From Ignicoccus hospitalis KIN4/I (GTDB lineage: Archaea; Thermoproteota; Thermoprotei_A; Sulfolobales; Ignicoccaceae): a DNA stretch of 32,000 nucleotides. The notes under the pieces were generated by a model that did not search any database, was not told the origin of the DNA, and was given only the letters and a program-made list of their open reading frames with translations. Numbering within the stretch: the first letter of the stretch is position 1; each line of letters starts with the position of its first letter. Shown in pieces: positions 24,044-32,000 of this stretch. Where the stretch lies: positions 810,001 to 842,000 of the forward strand of contig NC_009776.1 in assembly GCF_000017945.1 (NCBI RefSeq), written 5' to 3'. The translations under genes were made by a program, and so were the position numbers.

Positions 24044-24942
24044 GGCTGTTAAAGAAGATCGCTAGGGAAGTCTTGGGGGACGAGGAGGTCTGGAGCAGGA
24101 TAGACGTAGTAGGCGACATAGCCCTAATACATAGGAAGTTCAACTATCCAATAGACAAATTGAAGGTCTTGGGGCAAGCCCTCTTAGAGAGGATGCCGGG
24201 AATAAAGTCGGTTTGGGCGGTAGAGCCCGGGACCAAGCCGCCCTACGTCTTGAGGGACTTGATCCACTTGGCAGGCGAGAGGAGGACCGAGACCGTTTAC
24301 AGAGAGCACGGCTGCGAGTACTTAGTGGACTTGAGCAAGGTCTTCTTGGTCCCTCGCCTCTCCGGCGAACACTTGCGCGTGGCGAAGCTCGTAGAGCCTT
24401 GGGAAGTGGTGTTCAACATGTTCGCCGGGGCGGGACTCTTTTCGATTCTCATAGCCAAAATGAAGGGCGCGAAGGTATATTCAGTGGACATCAACGAGTA
24501 CGCATACAAATACATGGTTGAAAACATAAGGAGGAACAAGGTTGAGGGACTCGTGGTGCCCATACTAGGCGACGCGGCCTCGGTGAGCTTGTGGCTGAGG
24601 GGAGGGGTCGACAGAGTCCTCATGCCCCTCCCGGAGCTGGTCCCCGATTATTTGGACTTCGCCTTGCTGGCCTTAAGGTACCCCGGGAAGCTTCACATGT
24701 ACTTACACGTATTAGTTAAGAGAGGGGAAAGGCCTAGGGACGCTGCGAAGAGGGTCGGGGTCCCGCTGGTGGCCAAGAGGTGCTCCTCCTTCGAAGTGGA
24801 GCGCGTCAGGCTGGTCAGAACCGTGGGGCCGAGGGTAGCACAAGTGGTCTTGGACCTCACGTTAGAGAAGTGCGAGCCCTCCCCGAGGCTGGGCAAGCCT
24901 TACAACCCTAAGGAGTTCTTAGAGACCGCTCCCCTCAATTAG
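24040..24942 (+). CDS. Trm5/TYW2-family tRNA (guanine/wyosine) methyltransferase
   Basis: PGTKPPYVLRDLIHLAGERRTETVYREHGCEYLVDLSKVFLVPRLSGEHLRVAKLVEPWEVVFNMFAGAGLFSILIAKM...VYSVDINEYAYKYMVENIRRNKVE...GDAASV...DRVLMPLPE; TTG start (TTGA overlap). Confidence 0.88.
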   Translation: MRLLKKIAREVLGDEEVWSRIDVVGDIALIHRKFNYPIDKLKVLGQALLERMPGIKSVWAVEPGTKPPYVLRDLIHLAGERRTETVYREHGCEYLVDLSKVFLVPRLSGEHLRVAKLVEPWEVVFNMFAGAGLFSILIAKMKGAKVYSVDINEYAYKYMVENIRRNKVEGLVVPILGDAASVSLWLRGGVDRVLMPLPELVPDYLDFALLALRYPGKLHMYLHVLVKRGERPRDAAKRVGVPLVAKRCSSFEVERVRLVRTVGPRVAQVVLDLTLEKCEPSPRLGKPYNPKEFLETAPLN

Positions 24943-24972
24943 CTCCTCTCACTGGAGCCCCGGGCCCGCGCG

Positions 24973-26757
24973 TTGAAGTTTTCGGACGTCGTAGACGCCC
25001 TCGAGAGGCTGGAGAGGACTACCTCGAGGACACAGATAGTCGCTATATTAACGAACTTATTTAAGAAAGTCATTGAAGAGAACAAAGATATAATAGATAA
25101 GGTGGTTTACTTCATCCAAGGCAAGCTCTGGCCCGACTGGTACGGCTACCCGGAGATAGGGATCGGCGAGAAGGGGATAATAAAGGCCATCTCCTTGGCC
25201 GCTAACGTTAAGGAGAAGGAAGTGGAAGGCTTGTATAAGCAGCTGGGGGACTTGGGCTTAGTCGCCGAAAGGTTGATGGCGAAGGCCCCAAAGGGGGGCC
25301 TGATGATGTTTGTAAAGAAGAAGGAAGAGTTGACGTTCGAGAAGGTATACGAGACTTTGAAGAGGATAGCCTTCATGCAAGGGGAGGGGAGCCGGGACCT
25401 CAAGATAAAGACGTTGGCGGGCCTGCTCAAGGAGGCCTCGCCCAAGGAGGCGAAGTACATCGTTAGGTTCGTCCAAGGGAAGTTGCGCTTGGGCGTGGGT
25501 GACGCTTCCATAATAGAGGCTTTGGCCCACGTGGCGGGAACGACCAAGGACGTCGTCGAAAGGGCCTACAACTTGAGGGCGGACCTGGGAGCGGTGGCTA
25601 AGATAGCGGTCACCGAGGGCCCCGAAGCGCTGAAGAGGGTAAGGCCGAAGCCCGGCGTCCCGGTCCGCCCAATGTTGGCGGAGAGGCTCAACGACCCTAA
25701 GGAGATATTGAAGAAGCTCGGTGGCAAGGGGCTGGCCGAGTACAAGTACGACGGTGAGAGGGCTCAGATCCACTTGCTCCCGGACGGAAAGGTGGTGATA
25801 TTCTCGAGGAGGTTGGAGAACATAACTAGGTCCTATCCGGACGTCGTCCAGTACGCCAAGTCCGGCTTGAAGGCAAAGGAGGCAATAGTAGAGGGAGAGA
25901 TAATTGCGGTCAACCCCGAGACCGGGGAGCCAAGGCCATTCCAAGAGTTGATGAGGCGGAGGAGGAAGCACGACGTAGCCCTGGCGATGAGTGAGATACC
26001 GGTCAACGTGAAGTTGTTTGACATTATATACGTGGACGGCGAGGACATGACTAACAAGCCCCTCCCCCTCAGGAGGAAGAGGTTGGAAGAAGTAGTTGAG
26101 GAGAGCGAGGAGTTCTCCCTTTCCACGGCAAAGTTAGTAAGTACGCCCGAGGAGCTCGAGCAGTTCTTCCACCAGTCCATTTCCGAGGGACACGAGGGCT
26201 TGGTGGTGAAGGCCGTCCACGACAAGAGCGTCTACCAAGCTGGGGCCAGAGGGTGGCTCTGGATAAAGTACAAGAAAGACTACAAGAGCGAAATGGTAGA
26301 GCCGGTCGACTTGGTAGTTGTAGGGGCCTTCTACGGCAGGGGTAGGAGGGGAGGCACCTTCGGGGCCTTGTTAGTCGCCGGCTACGACGAGAAGAGGGAC
26401 GCCTTTGCGACGGTCTGCAAGGTAGGCTCGGGGTTCAGCGACGAGGAGCTGGCGAGGCTCCCGGAGCTCTTGAAGCCGTACATAAGCGAGACCAAGCCTC
26501 CTAGGGTCATAAGCAACGTTAAGCCCGACGTGTGGGTGAGGCCGGCGCTGGTGGCGGAGATCATCGGGGCGGAAATAACGCTGAGTCCTATTCACACTTG
26601 CGCTAAGGACGAGGTCAGCGCGGGGAGCGGGCTGGCGATACGCTTCCCGCGTTTCATACGCTGGAGGCCCGACAAGGGGCCGGAGGACGCCACCACGTGT
26701 GGAGAGATAGTGGAGATGTACAAAAGCAGGCTCAAGAAGGTCGAGGAACCTACGTGA
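24973..26757 (+). CDS. lig: ATP-dependent DNA ligase
   Basis: [15 protein letters not shown] (motif I), [66 protein letters not shown]; TTG start. Confidence 0.95.
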   Translation: MKFSDVVDALERLERTTSRTQIVAILTNLFKKVIEENKDIIDKVVYFIQGKLWPDWYGYPEIGIGEKGIIKAISLAANVKEKEVEGLYKQLGDLGLVAERLMAKAPKGGLMMFVKKKEELTFEKVYETLKRIAFMQGEGSRDLKIKTLAGLLKEASPKEAKYIVRFVQGKLRLGVGDASIIEALAHVAGTTKDVVERAYNLRADLGAVAKIAVTEGPEALKRVRPKPGVPVRPMLAERLNDPKEILKKLGGKGLAEYKYDGERAQIHLLPDGKVVIFSRRLENITRSYPDVVQYAKSGLKAKEAIVEGEIIAVNPETGEPRPFQELMRRRRKHDVALAMSEIPVNVKLFDIIYVDGEDMTNKPLPLRRKRLEEVVEESEEFSLSTAKLVSTPEELEQFFHQSISEGHEGLVVKAVHDKSVYQAGARGWLWIKYKKDYKSEMVEPVDLVVVGAFYGRGRRGGTFGALLVAGYDEKRDAFATVCKVGSGFSDEELARLPELLKPYISETKPPRVISNVKPDVWVRPALVAEIIGAEITLSPIHTCAKDEVSAGSGLAIRFPRFIRWRPDKGPEDATTCGEIVEMYKSRLKKVEEPT

Positions 26758-27850
26758 CGAGCTCTGCCAACCTCTTGGTCTCCCAAGCCAGCCTTATTTC
26801 CATGGCGACCCTCCGACCCAAGCTTATAGGCCTCCCGAACTGCAACTTGGAGTACTGGCTCCCTAACCCCATGTATATGTTGTTCCCGCCCCCTATCCTA
26901 GGGGCCACGTCGAACACCACGAACTCCAGCTCCGGCGTAACTACCGCTTGAAGTGTGAAGGGCCCCACCACTCCCGGAGGTTCCAACTTCCTCGCGGCTT
27001 CTACGAACTTCTCACCCATGTCGAACACTTTCTCCAATAAGCTCTCCCTCAAGGTGGCCGGAAGGTGGCCGACCTCTATCATCCTCGGGTTGCCGGCCAA
27101 GCGCAGCTGCTCCCTAGCCGGCAGCCTTAACCAGCCGTCCAAGTCGCTCTGTATCCTCCTGTCAACCGAGTGCAGCTCTAGGTCCTCTAACAAGGGGCTG
27201 TAGAAGTAGTTTATGTTGAAGTGAGCCCCCAAGACCAACTCCTCTATAGACGCGTTCTTGAGCCCTTCGTCGTCTATTACGCCGGCTTCCTTGAGCTCTT
27301 TCACCCTCTTCCAGTAGTCCTCTTTATCCATGGCAACGAAGAAGCCCCTCTCGACCCTCCTCTTAGCTTCTGGGACCTTCACGATGACCGGTCTGTCTAT
27401 CTCTTCGGGGGAGTTGAAAAGTTTGGGCCTCTTTATTCCAGCCTCGTCCAAGAGCTTGTAGTAGTTCTTCTCGCCTACCCTCTCCTCCCACCGGAGCAAG
27501 TACCGGTTCCCGAACACGGGGACCTCGAACTCTTGTTCTATTGCATCGTACCCGACGTAGACGGCGAAGCTCCGGTTGGGTACGAAGATCGCGGCCTCCT
27601 CCCTCAGCCTCCTCTGGACGTCCTCGCGGAGGACGTCCTTGTACCTCTCTAGGAGTATACACTCGTCAACCACACGGCTGAACTTGATGTACGGCTTTTC
27701 CCTCCCCTTTTGGCACACAGCTATTGTTCTGAACCCTTCGTCCTTTGCACCGTCGAACAAGTCCAAGGCGGAGTGGCTCGCTACCGCCGCTATTGCGGGC
27801 TTCTTGTCGTAATTGTTAACAATCTCCTTCATTTCGTCGCTCAGGCCCAA
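26750..27850 (-). CDS. purP: 5-formaminoimidazole-4-carboxamide ribonucleotide synthetase
   Basis: [113 protein letters not shown]. Confidence 0.95.
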   Translation of the reverse strand: MGLSDEMKEIVNNYDKKPAIAAVASHSALDLFDGAKDEGFRTIAVCQKGREKPYIKFSRVVDECILLERYKDVLREDVQRRLREEAAIFVPNRSFAVYVGYDAIEQEFEVPVFGNRYLLRWEERVGEKNYYKLLDEAGIKRPKLFNSPEEIDRPVIVKVPEAKRRVERGFFVAMDKEDYWKRVKELKEAGVIDDEGLKNASIEELVLGAHFNINYFYSPLLEDLELHSVDRRIQSDLDGWLRLPAREQLRLAGNPRMIEVGHLPATLRESLLEKVFDMGEKFVEAARKLEPPGVVGPFTLQAVVTPELEFVVFDVAPRIGGGNNIYMGLGSQYSKLQFGRPISLGRRVAMEIRLAWETKRLAELVT

Positions 27851-27926
27851 GGCCTTCCACTCGAAAGCTACTTAGCCCTAGAGCCCTTGAAAACCCCACG
27901 CCGGACCCCTCGAGGGCGCTGAAGTC

Positions 27927-29087
27927 TTGAACGCCAGGCTTTTACGGTTCTACCCGCCCAGAGGCTTGAAGATCGTGAAGGCCTACATGCAGTACGTGTG
28001 GGACGACAAGTGGAACAAGTATTTGGACTACTACAACGGATACGGGGTAGGCTTCTTAGGGCATAGAAACCCGAGGGTGGTCGCCAAGATCGTAGAGCAG
28101 TTGGGGACCCTCATGATAAATTCCCCCTCGTTCGACGACCCCGCGAAGGAGGAATTGATGGCAAAGCTTCCCAAAATCTTGCCTAATACGTTGCTCAACG
28201 TTTACTTCCAGAACTCCGGGGCCGAAGCAGTAGAGTTGGCGCTCAAGCTGGCTTTACATTATACTAATAGGGAGAAGGTGGTAGCCTTCAAGAGGGCCTT
28301 CCACGGGAGGACTCTGGGAGCCCTCAGCCTGACGTGGGGCTCCGAGTACCGCAAGCCCTCCGAGAGGGCGCTGTACAAGAACGTCGTGTTCGCGGACTTC
28401 AACTCCGTCGAGGAGCTCGATAAGGTAATAGATGAGAACACAGCCGCAGTTTTCGTGGAGCCCGTCCAGGGCGAGGGCGGCATAAACCCTGCCACGCCGG
28501 AGTTCATGAACGCCGTAGCGAGGAGGGCTAGGGAGGTCGGCGCGGTCCTAGTTTACGACGAGGTGCAAGCCGGCTTCGGGAGGACCGGTTACGTGTGGGC
28601 CTACCAAGGGCTGGGGGCCCCCGACCCCGACGTACTTCTGAGCGGGAAGGCCATAGGCAACGGCTACCCGGTATCCATGGTGGCGGTTTCCGACAAGATA
28701 GCTGAGAGTGTTGTGCCCGGGATGCACGGCTCCACCTACGGCGCTAACCCCGTGGCGCTGGCGGCGGTGAGCGGGGCGGTGGACGTGCTCCTAGAAGACG
28801 AAGTCCCAAAGCAAGCTAGGGAGAAGGGCAAACTCTTCCAAGAGATGCTCGAGGAAAAGTTGAAGGACGTCAAGCTCGTTCGGGACTACAGAGCTATAGG
28901 CCTAATGGTCGGCGTAGAGCTCCGCGTCAAGCCCGGCAAGTACATAGAGGCCTTGCAGAGGGAAGGCGTGCTGAGCTTGAAGGCCGGTACGACAGTAATA
29001 AGGTTCTTACCGCCGTACGTGACGACCTCCGAAGATATTAATTTCGCAACGGAGAGACTAAGGAAGGTGTTAGTTAGTGGAGTTTGA
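27927..29087 (+). CDS. Acetylornithine / LysW-aminoadipate semialdehyde aminotransferase (class III)
   Basis: DYYNGYGVGFLGHRNPRVV, FFQNSG-like YFQNSGAEAVELALKLA, FKRAFHGRTLGALSLTW, FVEPVQGEGGINPA, LVYDEVQAGFGRTG, SGKAIGNGYPVSMVAV, HGSTYGANPVALAA. Confidence 0.88.
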   Translation: MNARLLRFYPPRGLKIVKAYMQYVWDDKWNKYLDYYNGYGVGFLGHRNPRVVAKIVEQLGTLMINSPSFDDPAKEELMAKLPKILPNTLLNVYFQNSGAEAVELALKLALHYTNREKVVAFKRAFHGRTLGALSLTWGSEYRKPSERALYKNVVFADFNSVEELDKVIDENTAAVFVEPVQGEGGINPATPEFMNAVARRAREVGAVLVYDEVQAGFGRTGYVWAYQGLGAPDPDVLLSGKAIGNGYPVSMVAVSDKIAESVVPGMHGSTYGANPVALAAVSGAVDVLLEDEVPKQAREKGKLFQEMLEEKLKDVKLVRDYRAIGLMVGVELRVKPGKYIEALQREGVLSLKAGTTVIRFLPPYVTTSEDINFATERLRKVLVSGV

Positions 29088-29502
29088 AGTAAGGCTGCCC
29101 TACCCACTTACGCTCGCGAAGAGGGGCAACAAGAGGCTCGTGCTGTTCTTGGAAAAACCGGTGGTAATTATAAATACGGAGAGGCCGTGGTCCCTCCTCC
29201 CCCTTAGGGGGATAGGCCTATTTGAGGGTAGAACTCTCGTGGCCAAGAAGGAGGACTGCAGGAGGCTAACCGTACTGATCACCTCCTTCGAGCCGAGGCC
29301 TTCGGACGAGGACCCGGAGGAGGTGTTCGAGCAGTTACTCTCCGGCGAGGGGAGCTGTTGGAAGGAGCTCTGGGGCCACAAGGCGATGGTTTGTGGAAAC
29401 GTCGCCTTGGTGCCGGGGTCCGTTAAGTTTCCCCCCTTGGGCTTCGGGACCATCAGGACGAGGGTGGACTCGATAGGCCCCCGCATAAGGGTCACAGCTT
29501 AG
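29077..29502 (+). CDS. Hypothetical protein
   Basis: 141-aa ORF overlapping the aminotransferase 3' end by 11 bp, convergent with the downstream minus-strand gene; GTG start. Confidence 0.6.
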   Translation: MEFEVRLPYPLTLAKRGNKRLVLFLEKPVVIINTERPWSLLPLRGIGLFEGRTLVAKKEDCRRLTVLITSFEPRPSDEDPEEVFEQLLSGEGSCWKELWGHKAMVCGNVALVPGSVKFPPLGFGTIRTRVDSIGPRIRVTA

Positions 29503-30622
29503 ACTTGTACTCCTCCATCAACTCCTCCACCAGCCCCTTAGGCGCTTTGTATATCTCCGCCAAGAAGGAGAGCGCCCTATAGACTACGTCCTCCTCGTAC
29601 CACCCCATGGTTCCTATCCTAATGCTAACTTCCTTCAGCTTCCAAGCCCCTCCGCCCACGTCTATTCCCCACCTCTCCCTCGCCAGCGCCCTCGCCTCCG
29701 AGGGCTTCACGCCCTCGGGCAGTATCGGCACCACTATCGTGTTGGACCTCCAACCCCTCTTGGGGTAGACCCTCCCGCCCGCGCGCTCCACGAGCTCGTT
29801 TAAGGCCTCTGCAAAAGCGGCGTGCCTCCTTATCCACCCGTTGATCCCTACCTCATTGATTATTATGTCGAGAGACTTGTTAAGGGCGTACATCAAGCTT
29901 ACGGCCGGGGTCGCGGGGGTCTCGTACTTTTCTAAATAGAATTTTTCATAGCTCTCCAAGTCCCAGTAGACGCTCTTCTTCTTAACGTTCTTCATCTTCT
30001 CGGCGGCCCTCTCGCCCCAGGCGACGAAGGCCAAGCCGGGGGGCGCCATGAGGGCCTTTTGGGAGGCAGAGGCTACAGCGTCCAGCTCCATGGACTCTAC
30101 GTCCAGCGGGTGGCCCCCCAAGTAGCTTACGGCGTCCACCAGCAGCAACGCGTCGTTCTCGTGGGCCACCCTAGCCAGCTCTTGTAAGTTCTTGTGGACG
30201 ACGCCGGTGCTGGTCTCGTTGGCCACGACCCCCACGGCGCTCGCCTTCGACCTCTTCAATGCGTCGTCCAGCTCCTCAGCGGTGATCCCCTCGCCCTCCG
30301 CGGGCTCCACGAGCTCCACCTCAGCGCCCAAGACCTCTGCTATCTTGGCCATCCTGTCGCTGAAGGTGCCGGTCTGTATTATCAGTAGCTTCTCCCCCCT
30401 CTCCACGAAGTTAGCTACCATAGCCTCCACCGCGCCCGTCCCGGAGGCGGTCAAGAGAGCCACCCTCTCCGCCCCGAAGAGCTTCTGGAGCTTGGACGTT
30501 AGCTCCCTCATCAGTTCTCTGAACTCCGGCCCCCTGTGGTTTATCATCGGCAAGGCTTGGGAGAGCTCCACCTCCGGGTGGAGGCTCACCGGTCCGGGGA
30601 GCAAGAGCTGCAAGCGCCTCAC
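29492..30622 (-). CDS. Alanine-glyoxylate / serine-pyruvate-type aminotransferase (class V)
   Basis: LLLPGPVSLHPEV, MINHRGPEFRELM, LLTASGTGAVEAMVANFV, HNETSTG-like ANETSTGVVHKNL, LLVDAVSYLGG, ASASQKALMAPPGLAFVAW. Confidence 0.88.
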   Translation of the reverse strand: MRRLQLLLPGPVSLHPEVELSQALPMINHRGPEFRELMRELTSKLQKLFGAERVALLTASGTGAVEAMVANFVERGEKLLIIQTGTFSDRMAKIAEVLGAEVELVEPAEGEGITAEELDDALKRSKASAVGVVANETSTGVVHKNLQELARVAHENDALLLVDAVSYLGGHPLDVESMELDAVASASQKALMAPPGLAFVAWGERAAEKMKNVKKKSVYWDLESYEKFYLEKYETPATPAVSLMYALNKSLDIIINEVGINGWIRRHAAFAEALNELVERAGGRVYPKRGWRSNTIVVPILPEGVKPSEARALARERWGIDVGGGAWKLKEVSIRIGTMGWYEEDVVYRALSFLAEIYKAPKGLVEELMEEYKSKL

Positions 30623-30688
30623 GGCCTCTCTCCCGGCCCCACCCTTGATAATGAGAGGACTTAGTGCGAATCGCTCGGGAGAGGCAAG

Positions 30689-31441
30689 TTGTTAGCCCTA
30701 ATCACCGACTACGGTTACAAGGACGTCTACGCGGGAATACTCAAGATAGTTGCAAAGGAAGTATGTAAAGACGCTGAGATAATAGACGTCACTCACGGAA
30801 TAGAGCCCTTCAACGTGTTAGAAGGCGCGGTGGCTACGCTGGTAGCCGCTAAACACTTGCCCGAGGGTTCCACCTTGGTCGCCGTGGTAGACCCCGGGGT
30901 GGGGAGCGAGAGGGAAGCGGTGGCAGCGCGCGTAGGGGGGAGGTTCCTCATAGGCCCCAACAACGGCCTCCTGTGGCTGGCGGCGCAGGAGCTGGGCTTG
31001 GAGAAGGCGGTTAGGATAGAGAAGAAGCTAGTAAGGTATTCTTCTCACACCTTCCACGGTCGCGACCTCTTCGTCCCGGCGGGGGCGTTCTTGGAGTGCG
31101 GCGGGGGCTTGGAGGAGCTCGGCCCCGAGACCTCTCTGACCCCCCTCCCCTTCGAGCTCTACGCCAAGCTAGGGGACAAGAGGGTGGAGACCGTAGCAGT
31201 TTACGTAGACCGTTTCGGCAACGTCATGACTTGGGCGAAAGAAGCCCCCTTCGAGCTCGGAGAGCTTGTAAGAGTGAACGGGAGGCCAGCCCGCTTCGTC
31301 AGGACGTTTTCTGAGGTCAAGCCGGGGGAGCTGGCAGTTTACATAAACAGCTTCGGCTACCTAGAGGTGGCCCAGTACATGGGCGACGCGTCGAAGAGCT
31401 TAGGCTTGAGGCCCGGAGACCCGGTGGTGGTGGAGGCTTGA
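30689..31441 (+). CDS. SAM hydroxide adenosyltransferase (DUF62 family SAM hydrolase)
   Basis: LITDYGYKDVYAGILKIV, IIDVTHGIEPFNVLEGA, VAVVDPGVGSEREAVAA, IGPNNGLL, HTFHGRDLFVPAGA, VYVDRFGNVMTWA; TTG start. Confidence 0.92.
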   Translation: MLALITDYGYKDVYAGILKIVAKEVCKDAEIIDVTHGIEPFNVLEGAVATLVAAKHLPEGSTLVAVVDPGVGSEREAVAARVGGRFLIGPNNGLLWLAAQELGLEKAVRIEKKLVRYSSHTFHGRDLFVPAGAFLECGGGLEELGPETSLTPLPFELYAKLGDKRVETVAVYVDRFGNVMTWAKEAPFELGELVRVNGRPARFVRTFSEVKPGELAVYINSFGYLEVAQYMGDASKSLGLRPGDPVVVEA

Positions 31442-31953
31442 GGGCGCTTTTCCCCGGGAGGTTTCAGCCCTTCCACAAGGGCCACTTGGCTGTGGTCAAG
31501 TGGAGCTTAGAAAGGGTCGACGAGCTGGTAATAGTCGTGGGCAGCGCCCAAGAGAGCCATACCTTGCAGAACCCAATGACCGCGGGCGAGAGGGTTTTGG
31601 CGATCAGAAGGGCCCTAGAGGACGAGGGAATAGACTTGAGGAAGGTATACATAATTCCGGTGCCGGACATACTAATGAACTCCGCTTGGGTGGCCCACGT
31701 GAGGACCTACGTCCCGCCTTTCGAAGCCGTAGTGACGAGGAACCCCCTAGTTAAGGTCTTGTTTGAGGAAGCGGGGTACGAGGTCCTCGAACCCCCTCCC
31801 TTCGGGAGGGAGAAGTACGTCGCGACGAACATAAGGGCATTGATGGCCTTAGGAGACCCCAAGTGGGAGGAGATGGTGCCTAGGGCGGTGGCAGAGATCA
31901 TAAAAGAGTTAGGAATAATAAGGAGGATGAGGGAGCTCTCGAAACGGGATTAG
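31438..31953 (+). CDS. nadM: Nicotinamide-nucleotide adenylyltransferase, archaeal type
   Basis: ALFPGRFQPFHKGHLAVVKW...VGSAQESHTLQNPMTAGERVLAIRRAL; TTG start in a TTGA overlap with the upstream stop. Confidence 0.94.
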   Translation: MRALFPGRFQPFHKGHLAVVKWSLERVDELVIVVGSAQESHTLQNPMTAGERVLAIRRALEDEGIDLRKVYIIPVPDILMNSAWVAHVRTYVPPFEAVVTRNPLVKVLFEEAGYEVLEPPPFGREKYVATNIRALMALGDPKWEEMVPRAVAEIIKELGIIRRMRELSKRD

Positions 31954-32000
31954 TCTATGTAACCCATGGCCCTCAAGTAGCCTTCCTCGCTGCCGTACTT
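31950..32000 (-). CDS. C-terminal end of an unidentified CDS, truncated by the right window edge
   Basis: Manual reverse-strand translation ...KYGSEEGYLRAMGYID*; too short to assign. Confidence 0.35.
   Translation of the reverse strand, partial: KYGSEEGYLRAMGYID

Noticed and set aside
1-32000. CRISPR arrays, transposases/IS elements, toxin-antitoxin modules, or a defence or phage island
   Set aside because: No periodic direct repeats with spacers, no transposase/integrase motifs, and gene content is predominantly core metabolism and information processing.

Overview
This 32 kb window is gene-dense and GC-rich. It looks like chromosomal core from a hyperthermophilic crenarchaeon: products are archaeal-type, promoters are TATA-only with leaderless or near-leaderless starts, and intergenic gaps are tiny. 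I suspect a Desulfurococcales/Ignicoccus-like genome, but that is inference. Supported genes include a truncated ArcS-like DUF5591 protein, a TroA/ZnuA-like binding protein with an ABC-3-like permease, NUDIX, GatA, Nep1, a GGCT-fold protein, CrcB/Fluc, Cbf5, TrpE and TrpF, a beta-CASP nuclease-like protein, ArgS, a roadblock protein, LeuC, an archaeoflavoprotein/ferredoxin next to an MptE-like protein, an atypical AAA+ ATPase, RibH, a LeuRS-like protein, a Trm5/TYW2-family methyltransferase, an ATP-dependent DNA ligase, PurP, an ArgD/LysJ-type aminotransferase, an SPT/AGT-type aminotransferase, a DUF62 SAM hydrolase and NadM. I see no CRISPR array, mobile element, tRNA or rRNA, and no obvious defence island. 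The best second-look items are: (1) a LeuRS homologue lacking both HIGH and KMSKS, heading a tightly coupled operon with a CX5R phosphatase-like protein and a Trm5-like methyltransferase; (2) an unannotated C/D-box sRNA with canonical spacing between argS and the roadblock gene, sharing a divergent TATA element with argS; (3) an AAA+ ATPase with an unrecognised N-terminal region and a DD-type Walker B; (4) an MptE-like/flavoprotein-ferredoxin pair suggesting pterin reduction; (5) compact bidirectional TATA elements and dominant use of TTG starts.
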